The notes beneath the pieces were generated by a model. The model was not told the origin of the DNA and searched no databases. It saw only the letters and a list, made by a program, of their open reading frames with translations. A stretch of DNA of 64,000 nt, taken from contig OY760937.1 in assembly GCA_963664225.1 (NCBI GenBank), positions 1,504,001 to 1,568,000 of the forward strand, in the 5' to 3' direction. This document shows, one piece after another, positions 38,637 through 48,233 of the stretch. This DNA comes from Verrucomicrobiia bacterium (GTDB lineage Bacteria > Verrucomicrobiota > Verrucomicrobiia > Limisphaerales > UBA1319). Both the position numbers and the translations under genes were made by a program. How positions within the stretch are numbered: position 1 is the stretch's first letter; every line of letters begins with the position of its first letter.

Positions 38637-39503
38637 ATGGTTCGAGTGATTGGCCATATTCTGGTTTTGGTTGTCTTGTTCGCTAACATGCTGTCGGCTC
38701 AGCCTCCCATCGGCCGCGACGTTCCCTTTGAATTCCGTGATGGATTGCTTTGGGTGCGCGTGCAAGCGACGAATCCCTCCCGAACCTTGCATTTTCTTCT
38801 GGATACTGGAGCCACAGTGAGCGCGGTGGATGAAGGTGTGGCAAGAGAGCTCGGGTTAAGGCTTGGGGAACGAGTAATGGTGCAAGGAGTTAAATCCGAA
38901 ATCGACGGTTATTGGCCAACAAGGTTGGTCGGCAATTGTGGCGATTATCAATTGCCGGATAAAATCCTGGCGGTCGACCTCAAGACATTGGGTTCAACCT
39001 GTTGCCAACCGGTTGACGGCCTGTTGGGGGCTGATTTTATACAGGGTAAAGTCGTCCAAATCGATTTCAAGGCCAACCGTTTGCGTGTTGTAGAGGGTCC
39101 CGTTCCGTTGAATCCTAACATTGAAACGATACCGTTACAAAACCAGGGATGCAAACTGCTGGTGCCCATGCACATTAATCACGGAAAGACTCAATGGTTT
39201 CGTCTGGATACGGGATGTGCGTCAGACCTGCATTGGGTTGTTGGAAAGGTTATTTCAACGGCTCGGAATGTAAAGGTCTCGGTAGGGCTGGCGCCAGTAT
39301 CCATTCCTTGGGACACCACTTTTGTTCGCTTGGGGCAAATGGAATTTGAAAATGTACCCGCAGGCCTGCATCAGGGACGCATCTTCAAAGGGGAGGATGG
39401 ATTGCTCGGAATGGGCCTGCTGAGGCGATTCGACCGGGTGACCATCGATTTTCCTGGCAAAAAACTGGTCCTGGAAAAATGCCCATCCATTCCTGAACGC
39501 TGA
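38637..39503 (+). CDS. Exported two-domain retropepsin-like aspartyl protease
   Basis: FLLDTGA..DGLLGADF and FRLDTGC..DGLLGMGLL. Confidence 0.8.
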   Translation: MVRVIGHILVLVVLFANMLSAQPPIGRDVPFEFRDGLLWVRVQATNPSRTLHFLLDTGATVSAVDEGVARELGLRLGERVMVQGVKSEIDGYWPTRLVGNCGDYQLPDKILAVDLKTLGSTCCQPVDGLLGADFIQGKVVQIDFKANRLRVVEGPVPLNPNIETIPLQNQGCKLLVPMHINHGKTQWFRLDTGCASDLHWVVGKVISTARNVKVSVGLAPVSIPWDTTFVRLGQMEFENVPAGLHQGRIFKGEDGLLGMGLLRRFDRVTIDFPGKKLVLEKCPSIPER

Positions 39504-39732
39504 ATGGTTCAGCCCTGTTAACCCGAGGGCCACCCTTCAAGACGCTCAGGTTGCGCCACGCTTCAGGGACTCTCTCTGTATCGAACCTCTAGAGACAGGC
39601 ACAGCGGCAAGCTTGATCCAGCACGAGGATCAAGCCGTTCGAGGTGCCACATCCACAACTCGAGTTTACAGAGCCCCTCGGGCTGCAGTCCTCGGTCGAT
39701 TTATTCCGGTGGCTGACATTGATCATTATTCC

Positions 39733-39758
39733 TGAGGGATAGGTTTCGGCGCGGCGTA
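39733..39758 (+). promoter_or_regulatory. Putative ECF sigma promoter TGAGGGAT-N13-GCGTA
   Basis: One of three identically spaced copies; 59 nt upstream of the CDS at 39817. Confidence 0.7.
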
Positions 39759-39816
39759 TTAAGGACAACGAACAAATGGTGAATCGGTAAAAACATCCGG
39801 TTTACAGAAAGGAAAA

Positions 39817-40176
39817 ATGAACACCAATAAAACAGTCCGTGGAATCGTGGCCTTGATCGCTACTTTAACCATCGCGCAATCCGTGAGCGGGGCGGATATC
39901 CTGCTCTCTCCGAGTGCGGGGTCCCGCCAGACCTACCAAGTCTCTGGCATCGCAAATGATCGGGATTTCGTTCATGGCACAGTACAGAACACCTTTCAAT
40001 CGCCTCGAGGGCTGGCAAACCAGACACGGATGGTACCCGGGCCATCGACCAAGGATAGGGATTATGTCCATAACCAAAGCGGTTTGCGCCCCGGTAAGGA
40101 CCCGCTTCGCGAACAGTACGTCCGTTATTTGAAATCGACCGGAAAGGACGCCTATCAACTGGCACCGGTTAAATAA
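39817..40176 (+). CDS. Small exported protein with an internal two-copy repeat
   Basis: AGGA-like RBS, signal peptide, two SP..Q..V.G...DRD(F/Y)VH units. Confidence 0.7.
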   Translation: MNTNKTVRGIVALIATLTIAQSVSGADILLSPSAGSRQTYQVSGIANDRDFVHGTVQNTFQSPRGLANQTRMVPGPSTKDRDYVHNQSGLRPGKDPLREQYVRYLKSTGKDAYQLAPVK

Positions 40177-40309
40177 CAACACCGAAACAAACGGAGAGGT
40201 AAAAAACACTCTGCGCTGGTTTCCGATGTTCGGCACAATTGAAAAGAATGGAGGGCTCAGACGGCCCTCCAAAGGCAATCAACGCATATTAACAAATGTG
40301 AAACCAATC

Positions 40310-40906
40310 ATGAACAAATATCAGATTATTCTGGTCGCTACGTTTGCACTGGCGACTGTTCCTGCAGTCCTGGCTCAAAGCTGCTGCGGGAGTTCTATGG
40401 CGTCCTGCCCCATGACGGGAGCTCCGATGGGGAGCAACACCACAGCGGAGGCTCGCACCGGCGTGCTCCTGTCAGCGCCAGCCGGCGTGGCTAAAGCGGT
40501 TTTGGACGATTACATTGCGATACAGGCTGCCCTCGCAAAGGATTCCCTCAGCGGCATTTCCGAGAATGCGAACGCGTTGGCAAAGGCGGTTCAGGAGGAT
40601 CAAACAAAGTCATTTCCAGCGCAAATCTCCAAACAGGCGGAAGCCTTGTCCCAAGCCACGAATTTAGCGGCTGCCCGCGAGGCTTTCAAATGGTTGAGCC
40701 AGTCTCTCATCGGATACGTCAATACAAGGAAGATGACGACGGGAACCTATTACGAGGTGTATTGTCCCATGGCCAAGGCCAAATGGCTGCAAGCCGAAAA
40801 AACCGTCACCAATCCTTACATGGGCCAGGCAATGCTCGAGTGCGGGCAATTGGTGCAGGTAATCAATGGTGCGGACGCCAGTCACACAGGGCATGCCGGC
40901 CATTAA
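40310..40906 (+). CDS. DUF3347-domain exported metal-binding protein
   Basis: YIAIQAALAKD..REAFKWLS..YCPMA..WLQ..NPYMGQAMLECG; ATG 40310 chosen. Confidence 0.85.
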   Translation: MNKYQIILVATFALATVPAVLAQSCCGSSMASCPMTGAPMGSNTTAEARTGVLLSAPAGVAKAVLDDYIAIQAALAKDSLSGISENANALAKAVQEDQTKSFPAQISKQAEALSQATNLAAAREAFKWLSQSLIGYVNTRKMTTGTYYEVYCPMAKAKWLQAEKTVTNPYMGQAMLECGQLVQVINGADASHTGHAGH

Positions 40907-41142
40907 TACGAACACGATCGACGATGAACGCGAAATTCAACGGCTCCTCGCTACTGCTGGAACGCCACACCCATGCCAGCAACACCGGTCCTCCCGAGCG
41001 TGTCGCGGGAAGCCCCCCGGTGGCGCAAGCCACAGTGTCTATCTCACAAATACACCCACATGCGCCTCTTGCTGGCAACCCGGTTGCAGCAAGATTACCC
41101 GCCGGATCCTCAACTGAAGTGCTCGAATCATTATACTGAAGT

Positions 41143-42450
41143 ATGCCCACCCCATCAACGTCCCCTCATGCCGACGGAAGCATGCAAAAGCTGCGTTGCC
41201 GCCGACGTTGGCCTGTCGCAATTGCAGTGGTTGGCTCAATGCTTGCGTTCGTTTTCTGGCAGCCGATTCAGACCCGATTCCTGGAGTATTTAGTAATGCG
41301 AAACGAGGACCCAGCGCCAACGGTGCTCTCGGAAGTCGCTGATCGACTTGGGAATCCAACGGAATTTCTGCTCAAACTTTGGCGCTCGCCGAATCTCTCC
41401 AATCATCAGTTTGTCCTGGACTACTTGAGGCAGCATCCGGACTCCAACCCGGACTTGTTTCCCCCTTTGGAATTCGCCGTGCTGGCGGCAACTCATGACG
41501 TGGATCTCGAAGCCAGAGAACAAGCCTTCAGTTTGCTGGCCCGGATGAAACATCCCGAATTACCTCGCCTGGCCCGGGAACAATTGGGCGATGTCGATCC
41601 TGAGGTGCGCGCGCTGGGTCTGCAAATGCTGAGTGGTGCGGCGGTTTCGAACGATGTGCCAGCGGCCATCGCCTTGTTGGGCGATCCCGACCCGCGCGTG
41701 GTGGTTTCCGCGGCCAGCCTGTTGCGCCATGTGACCGGCCAGGACTTCGGCATCCGGCAAGCACAAGCTCCACCGCGATTCTCTGGTCCGGCAGCTCAGA
41801 CACCCTCTCCAGCCAATCTGGAAATCATCCGCCAGGGCACCGAGCGCTGGCAGCAATGGTGGACGGTCCACCACGCGGAATATCCTGCCTCATCCACACA
41901 GAACCAAAGAAAACTCACAACCCCAAGCCTTGCGATGCCCGATGTCACACTGCAGGATTTAAGCGGGCACGAGGTTCGCCTTTCAGCCTTTCAGGACAAG
42001 GCCGTTCTTCTCAGTTTTTGGGAAGCCACCAACACCCTGAGCCTGGCCGAATTATCCAGCCTGAATTCGCTTCAGACCCGGCTTCAACAACGTCTGACAA
42101 TCCTTGGCATCTGCTTTACCGCGCCCGTCCTGCAGGACTGCGGCGACCACGGGGACGAGCACGCAGGCGAACATGAATCTGGAGGCGCGCACGCTCATAA
42201 ACATGAATGCCCTGCGCCGGACCTGGTCCAGGTCCGAACCCAAATTCAGGAGGTTGTGAAAGCCAAACAAATCAATTATCCGGTGCTTCTGGATGAGAAA
42301 GAAGTGCTTAAGGGCCGCGACTTTGTTGGGCAGATGCCAACCTATGTGCTCATTGACACGCAGGGAAATATTCGCCGCCGGTTTATCGGAAGCAGAACGG
42401 AAACCGTTTTCGCGGCCATGATCAATGAATTGTCAGCAAACGGCGAGTGA
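41143..42450 (+). CDS. Membrane-anchored HEAT-repeat + TlpA/AhpC-like thioredoxin-fold protein lacking CxxC
   Basis: DVDPEVRALGL and DPDPRVVVSAA HEATs; MPDVTLQDLSGHEVRLSAFQDKAVLLSFW; INYPVLLD..MPTYVLIDTQG. Confidence 0.75.
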   Translation: MPTPSTSPHADGSMQKLRCRRRWPVAIAVVGSMLAFVFWQPIQTRFLEYLVMRNEDPAPTVLSEVADRLGNPTEFLLKLWRSPNLSNHQFVLDYLRQHPDSNPDLFPPLEFAVLAATHDVDLEAREQAFSLLARMKHPELPRLAREQLGDVDPEVRALGLQMLSGAAVSNDVPAAIALLGDPDPRVVVSAASLLRHVTGQDFGIRQAQAPPRFSGPAAQTPSPANLEIIRQGTERWQQWWTVHHAEYPASSTQNQRKLTTPSLAMPDVTLQDLSGHEVRLSAFQDKAVLLSFWEATNTLSLAELSSLNSLQTRLQQRLTILGICFTAPVLQDCGDHGDEHAGEHESGGAHAHKHECPAPDLVQVRTQIQEVVKAKQINYPVLLDEKEVLKGRDFVGQMPTYVLIDTQGNIRRRFIGSRTETVFAAMINELSANGE

Positions 42451-42718
42451 CCGCGGAAGAGCCAACCAACTGCGACACTATTCCTCGCTGGAGGCTTTGT
42501 TAGTTGTGCTTTATTTTCGGGGCGGTTGAAATAATTCATAGGGTAGGATTCAAAAGGAGTCGCAACGGCAAACTCCTAGCAAGAGTTAAAGGTGTTCGTC
42601 CGGAGGTAAACATTCTCAATTCCTTACAATCTCTTTAAGGAATGGCGCCTGGGAATGATACCCTCACGCCATCCCGATTCATTTGAAACAAATCATGCCC
42701 TGTGCTGTGTGATCACCC

Positions 42719-43945
42719 TCAGAACTTATAGATGACGTTGAGCGCCAGCGAGAGCGCATTGTTGTCGTTGACGCCAAAGGGGCGTTGATTTGCCAAATCA
42801 TGGTCCCAGCGAAACTCCGCCCGGGTGACGACGTTGGCCCAAAGCGAATAGTCAGTCGTAAAAGTCCAGGCGGCGACCTCGTTGCGAGGATGTGTGGTGG
42901 TGGCTGCCGGATCCAGGCTATACCATGTGCCGACGGTACCCGTGGCGTATTCCGCACGACTCGCGAGCTTGAGTTTCTCCGTAGCCTGATACATGAGATA
43001 TAATGACGCGGCATTCGCGTAACTGGAAGCCACGGTGTCTTTCTCTTTCGTGCCCCGATATTCCCAGGCATATCCCACTGTGAGGGCCTTCAAAGGCGTT
43101 GCAACCGCGCCTCCGACATAAAAGCTCGTAATGTCGCTGGCCGGGCTGGTGGCTCCCGAACCCAGGCCGTCAATGACCCCAAAACCCAGTGTGCTGCCTC
43201 CAAACCAGCCAAGGCTCTTGGGTGCGGTGAGCGTGATGAGTCCCATGTAGGTTTTCTCGGACTCGGCGGCGGGCACTCCCGCCCGCGTTGGGCGGGCATT
43301 CAATCCGGGCGACCAGGTGTTGGCCACGCCCGCCTGCGCCCCAATAATGTCGTTAAACTGGTAACTGGCCAGCACTCCGGTCAATTGCGTTGGTTCGATG
43401 AAGAAACCATAGGACCGGCTGAAGTTGGGATTATTGGCACTTTCGATGACTTCGTAACCGAGAAATTCCGTGAAGTTGCCCAGCTTGACGGTGATGTCGT
43501 TTCCTACAGGCACTTTCAAGTTCACATAGGCGTCCTTCAGGGCAAAGTCAGACAATCCAGCCCCGGGGGACTGGTTGTAATTAACCGCGTCCGGACCAAA
43601 CATCATCGTAAAATTGTAACCGGCGGACCATGGGGTCTCGTCCAAAGGCTTGCTTAAAGTCAGGAAGACCGCGTTCAGGTTAAAGCCATCCTGTTTTCCC
43701 GTGCCGTCATAGGATCGCCCGGGAAAGGTGTCTCCTGGCTGAGGATTGTTTACACCCCGGCCGCCGTTGCCGGTGCCAAATTTCCAGATGGCAGAGGTAT
43801 CGACATACCCACTGAGAGTCGTGCTGGACAAAGCCGTTATTACCGCATGTTGCTGTTCCTCCGCCTGCAGCAGGGCTGGAAGCGTGATAAGTCCTGTAGC
43901 GGCCAAGGCCAAAGTCCACGGACTGATTTTCGTCACTGGTCTCAT
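42719..43945 (-). CDS. Outer-membrane beta-barrel porin (BBP2/DUF1597-like)
   Basis: Signal peptide, TLSGYVDTS, LGYEVIES..NPNFSRS, RAEFRWDH, C-terminal VIYKF. Confidence 0.85.
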   Translation of the reverse strand: MRPVTKISPWTLALAATGLITLPALLQAEEQQHAVITALSSTTLSGYVDTSAIWKFGTGNGGRGVNNPQPGDTFPGRSYDGTGKQDGFNLNAVFLTLSKPLDETPWSAGYNFTMMFGPDAVNYNQSPGAGLSDFALKDAYVNLKVPVGNDITVKLGNFTEFLGYEVIESANNPNFSRSYGFFIEPTQLTGVLASYQFNDIIGAQAGVANTWSPGLNARPTRAGVPAAESEKTYMGLITLTAPKSLGWFGGSTLGFGVIDGLGSGATSPASDITSFYVGGAVATPLKALTVGYAWEYRGTKEKDTVASSYANAASLYLMYQATEKLKLASRAEYATGTVGTWYSLDPAATTTHPRNEVAAWTFTTDYSLWANVVTRAEFRWDHDLANQRPFGVNDNNALSLALNVIYKF

Positions 43946-44078
43946 TGCTTTCCTTTTTTATTCGGTCAGTTGCGCGTCTCCCGTCCCGCCGCCAACGTTC
44001 ATCGACCGCATTGTGTATTCTGATTTTAAGGTTTCATTGCCCTCCCGGATGTAACCGGGAAGCCTCAGCAACGGCCCA

Positions 44079-44095
44079 AGCACGGACCATGCCAA
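44079..44095 (-). promoter_or_regulatory. Putative sigma-54 (-24/-12) promoter of the porin gene
   Basis: Minus strand TTGGCATGGTCCGTGCT has GG-N10-GC spacing, ~135 nt upstream of the ATG. Confidence 0.5.
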
Positions 44096-44361
44096 GGCTT
44101 CATATTGTGATGAATATCCTTCCCTCCACTCCTGAATTGCAGTCTGCCCAACCTCTCGTGGCTGCATCAAGAATGGAGTGTGCGCAAAGATGATCACTTG
44201 GGCGGGCTGTAATTATGCACAATGAACAATAATACACACCGTAAGAACCCGGCATCGTTCTTGGCGCTCGTTAAACTGTGCCTTAAGCCATTCCACTGCC
44301 TTCGCATCCGATCGGTTCTGCGTCGCCGATGGGCGCAATGAATTATCGAACACAATTACTT

Positions 44362-44387
44362 TGAGGGATTTTCAAAGGGGCGGCGTA
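44362..44387 (+). promoter_or_regulatory. Putative ECF sigma promoter TGAGGGAT-N13-GCGTA
   Basis: Upstream of the small lipoprotein and the RND operon. Confidence 0.7.
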
Positions 44388-44506
44388 TAATGGATGCGTC
44401 GATCAGAGTAATGATGTGGAAAACAAACCAGGGCAAACGAATCAAACTTGGATGTTATGCCATACCTCAATCGAACCGTGTTTGGACCCATAACAACAAT
44501 AAGACA

Positions 44507-44638
44507 ATGAACAATCTGTTTAATTATGCAAACGTCCTGCTCTTGGGCGTGCTTTTGGCGGGTGTGGTAATGCTTGCCTCCGGTTGTGAATCAAATGATC
44601 ACAGCAGCGCTCCGCAGTCTCAGGAACACCACCATTGA
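44507..44638 (+). CDS. 43-aa lipoprotein with His-rich tail
   Basis: MNNLFNYANVLLLGVLLAGVVMLASG/CESNDHSSAPQSQEHHH: hydrophobic core plus lipobox. Confidence 0.6.
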   Translation: MNNLFNYANVLLLGVLLAGVVMLASGCESNDHSSAPQSQEHHH

Positions 44639-44782
44639 AGTCCGTCGCACCTTCGGATAGATACTTGCGCGAATGCCTTGCATGATCTTGTTGCGCATAA
44701 ATAATGACGGCACACTTTAAAGAGATTAATTTGGATTTGTTGCGAGCTTTCCTATACACACATATTAAATATAATTTTGCCT

Positions 44783-46192
44783 ATGAAGTTGAAGCGCGCA
44801 CTCTATTTAACGACGGTTGGATTCCTGGGGGTGGCGCTTTTTGTTCTTGCCGGTTGCAAAGGTGTTCCGACAAAGGCAGAGAAGGAGGCGCGACAGCAAA
44901 TGCAGGAGGCTCGAGCGCATTATCGTCCCAATGATCACAAACCTGCGCTTCCGATTTTGACGACCAATTCCAACCTGGGCGATTTTCTGAGTTTTGCCCT
45001 GTTGAATCAGCCAAGTGTCGAGGCCGCTTATTACGACTGGGCGGCTTCGGTGGAGCGCATCACCACGGCCCGCTCCCTTCCGGACCCGCAGTTGACGTTT
45101 CAGATGGATATCCAGAATGTCGTCACCTCGATCATGCCGGGACTCATGGCCAATTTTCCGTGGCCGGGCAAACTCCGGGCCGGAGCCGGGGTGGCGTCGG
45201 CGGAAAGCCAGGCCAAATATTTTGCGTTTCAGTCGGCGGTCCTGAAGAGCGCTTTCGATGTGAAGAAGGCTTATTACCAGCTTTTCTTTCTCGAGGAAAA
45301 AATCCACGTCAATCGCGAGAACTTCAATCTGCTGGCAGGACTGGAAAAGCTTGCCCGCGCGCAAAACGAAGTGGGCAAGGTGACTTTGCAGGATGTGCTC
45401 CGCGCGCAAATCGAGCAGGCCCGCCTCAACACGGGAATTGCCAATCTCGAGGATTCGCGCAATTCGTTCCTGGCCCAATTCAAGGCGGCGTTGGGACTCA
45501 AAGCTCAAGATCCAGCCGCTCCAATGCCAAACCACTTTGAATCAACACCGCTGGATTTGACTTCCGACAAGCTTCTTGAGACTGCAATGGCTCAAAATAC
45601 CCGGCTCAAAGCACTGGAAGCCGAAGTGCGTGCGGCGGAAGTTTCCATTGTATTGGCTCGCAAGGCGCGCAGGCCTGATTTCAGCCTGGGACTCATGGCC
45701 GACGCGCAGATGGACCCAACACTCTATCGTCCCCTGGGCACAATGACGCTGCCCATCTGGCGGGACAAGATCGCGGCGCAAATCGCCGAGGCTCAAGCCA
45801 ACAAACGTTCAGCCGAAGCCCGCCTTTCTGACGAGCAGATTGCGCTGGCTGTGAATTTTGCGGACAGGAGTTTTCAGTATAGGGAAGCAACGCGCAACCT
45901 GGCCCTTCTCAATGACCAACTCTTGCCCAAAGCCCGTCAATCCCTCGACGTGGCCCGCTCAGGTTATCTTGGTGGACAAATCGATTTTTTCAATCTGACC
46001 GATGCGGAACGAACATTGCTCAGCTTCGAATTGGACCGGGTGGAGGCATCCATGCAACGGGAGATCGCCCTGGCTGAACTCTCGCTGATCATCGTGGGCA
46101 TGCCGCCATCCAATTCTGCCACAGATCCAAAGTCCCCCGGAATGTCGGGAGGCAGCCCCTCTTCGCCAAAGAAACAGTCCGGAGGCATGTAA
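44783..46192 (+). CDS. cusC: TolC-family outer-membrane factor of heavy-metal RND efflux
   Basis: Lipobox LAGC, ARSLPDPQL, PWPGKL, MTLPIWRDK; first gene of a CBA triplet. Confidence 0.8.
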   Translation: MKLKRALYLTTVGFLGVALFVLAGCKGVPTKAEKEARQQMQEARAHYRPNDHKPALPILTTNSNLGDFLSFALLNQPSVEAAYYDWAASVERITTARSLPDPQLTFQMDIQNVVTSIMPGLMANFPWPGKLRAGAGVASAESQAKYFAFQSAVLKSAFDVKKAYYQLFFLEEKIHVNRENFNLLAGLEKLARAQNEVGKVTLQDVLRAQIEQARLNTGIANLEDSRNSFLAQFKAALGLKAQDPAAPMPNHFESTPLDLTSDKLLETAMAQNTRLKALEAEVRAAEVSIVLARKARRPDFSLGLMADAQMDPTLYRPLGTMTLPIWRDKIAAQIAEAQANKRSAEARLSDEQIALAVNFADRSFQYREATRNLALLNDQLLPKARQSLDVARSGYLGGQIDFFNLTDAERTLLSFELDRVEASMQREIALAELSLIIVGMPPSNSATDPKSPGMSGGSPSSPKKQSGGM

Positions 46193-46218
46193 TTTTTCCT
46201 GCAAACCAATCATTATTT

Positions 46219-48222
46219 ATGAAATGCAAGACCCCGAATTGGAAATGGCCGGTTCTATGCACGCTGGCTTTGTTGATGACAGTCAGCGCAGGTCTCATAC
46301 TTACGGCTTGTGGGCGGGCGGAGGGGCCTGTGGCGAACGCGGCAGCTAAAACCCTTTACACCTGCGGCATGCATCCCCAGGTCATCCAGGATAAACCCGG
46401 TAATTGCCCGATCTGCGGCATGAAGCTCACGCCGATCCGCAAACAGGCCGGAACTTCTGGAATAACCAACGCGTCCGCCTCAAATACGGGCGAACGCAAA
46501 ATCAAATATTACAAATCGACCATGAATCCCGGCGAGATGAAGCCTGAACCGGGCAAGGACAGCATGGGCATGGACATGGTCCCAGTCTATGCGGACGAGG
46601 CTGCGGCCGCCCAGTCTCAGACCATCGATCTCGACTCTGTCACCATCCAAACCATGGGCATCCGGACGGCTGCAGTCACACGTGGTCCATTGCGCCGGGT
46701 CATTCGAACCGTGGGCACGATCGATTACAACGAGACCGCTCAGCAGGATGTGAGCACCAAGTTCAAAGGCTGGATTGAAAAGCTTTACGTGGACGCCACC
46801 GGTCAGCAGGTCCATCGCGGCGATCCCCTTTTCGAGATTTATTCCCCGGAGCTTTACAGCGCGCAACGCGAATACCTGCTCGCCATTGATCAGGGAACGA
46901 ATGCGCCTGGCGCCATGGCCCTCAAAACCAGCGCGCTGACCAAGTTGAAGTTTTTTGACATCTCCGATGCGCAAATTGCAGATCTGGACCGCACGGGCCA
47001 GCCCAGCAAAACCCTGCGCATCCTCGCTCCGATGGATGGTTTTGTAGTCGAAAAGATGGTGGTTCAAGGCCAGATGGTGGATCCCGGCATGAAAATCTAC
47101 CGGCTGGCGGACCTCGGTCTGGTATGGGTGCAGGCCCAAGTTTATGAGCAGGACCTGTCCTATGTGAAGTTGGGGCAGGAGGCCACCGTCGCACTGTCCT
47201 ATCTTTCCGACCGAGAGTTTCGCGGGAGGGTTACCTACATTTATCCCAACGTGGATGAAAAGACCCGGACAGCGCGCGTGCGGATGGAATTTCACAACCC
47301 GGGTTATTTTCTAAAGCCGGGAATGTTTGCGACCGTTCAGGTCTCCTCTGAGTTGGACCCCTCCGTGCTGCTGGTCCCTGACATGGCCATCTTGCGCAGC
47401 GGCGAGAAATACACGGTCTTTGTGGCCCTCGATGGAGGGAAGTTCGAGCCGCGCACCCTCATATTGGGACCGCAAGCCGAGAATGACATGTACCAGGTGA
47501 TCAGTGGACTCAAGGAAGGCGAACGGATCGTCACTTCCGGCCAGTTCATGCTCGATTCGGAAAGCCAGCTTCGGGAGGCGATCCAGAAAATGCTTCAACC
47601 CAACAAACCCGGCGGTAGCGAACCTGTCGCGCAGGCGGCCCATGGTGGTATGGCTGGCGGTCAAAAACCCATGGCGGCGGCATTCAATGGAACCAACGCT
47701 CCCCGATCTGATGCTTCCGTGAAGTACATCTGCCCGATGCCGGAGCACGTTACCATCCAGTACGACCATCCAGGCAAGTGCTCCATCTGCGGCATGACCC
47801 TTGTTCCAGTGTCGGCAGCCGTTTTGAAAAACCTGCCTCCTGACGGCAAGCTGCTTTATTATACCTGCCCCATGCCGGAGCACAGTGACGTGCGCTCAGA
47901 TAAACCCGGCAAGTGTCCCAAGTGCGACATGACGCTGATTCCGGTCATGCAGCCGACGCCACTAGCGCCCACCTCCACGAACCAACCGGTTGTTGGGAAA
48001 GTTCAGGCCGCGCCCGCCATCCCCGCCACGCTTTACACCTGCCCGATGGCCTCCCATGCGGATGTGGTTTCGGACAAACCCGGCAAATGCCCCAAGTGCG
48101 AGATGGATCTTGTGCCCACCAGCACGGTGGCCCATGGGAAAGTCGCTGAGGAGGCCTGGCGCAAACAACATTCGAGTGCTCCGCCAACTACTGACACGAT
48201 GCCTCAGCAACACCAACACTAA
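46219..48222 (+). CDS. cusB: CusB-like RND membrane fusion protein with several heavy-metal-binding modules
   Basis: GWIEKLYV, YSPELYSAQREY, LKPGMFA, QFMLDSES; four YxC(P/G)M..CxxCxM modules plus one Cys-less KDSMGMDMVP module. Confidence 0.9.
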   Translation: MKCKTPNWKWPVLCTLALLMTVSAGLILTACGRAEGPVANAAAKTLYTCGMHPQVIQDKPGNCPICGMKLTPIRKQAGTSGITNASASNTGERKIKYYKSTMNPGEMKPEPGKDSMGMDMVPVYADEAAAAQSQTIDLDSVTIQTMGIRTAAVTRGPLRRVIRTVGTIDYNETAQQDVSTKFKGWIEKLYVDATGQQVHRGDPLFEIYSPELYSAQREYLLAIDQGTNAPGAMALKTSALTKLKFFDISDAQIADLDRTGQPSKTLRILAPMDGFVVEKMVVQGQMVDPGMKIYRLADLGLVWVQAQVYEQDLSYVKLGQEATVALSYLSDREFRGRVTYIYPNVDEKTRTARVRMEFHNPGYFLKPGMFATVQVSSELDPSVLLVPDMAILRSGEKYTVFVALDGGKFEPRTLILGPQAENDMYQVISGLKEGERIVTSGQFMLDSESQLREAIQKMLQPNKPGGSEPVAQAAHGGMAGGQKPMAAAFNGTNAPRSDASVKYICPMPEHVTIQYDHPGKCSICGMTLVPVSAAVLKNLPPDGKLLYYTCPMPEHSDVRSDKPGKCPKCDMTLIPVMQPTPLAPTSTNQPVVGKVQAAPAIPATLYTCPMASHADVVSDKPGKCPKCEMDLVPTSTVAHGKVAEEAWRKQHSSAPPTTDTMPQQHQH

Positions 48223-48233
48223 GCCCGCCACTT

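Noticed and set aside
42550..42680. GGCAAAC-containing segment as a c-di-GMP-I riboswitch
   Set aside because: Lies between two convergent 3' ends and lacks the GAAA and GCAAAG elements
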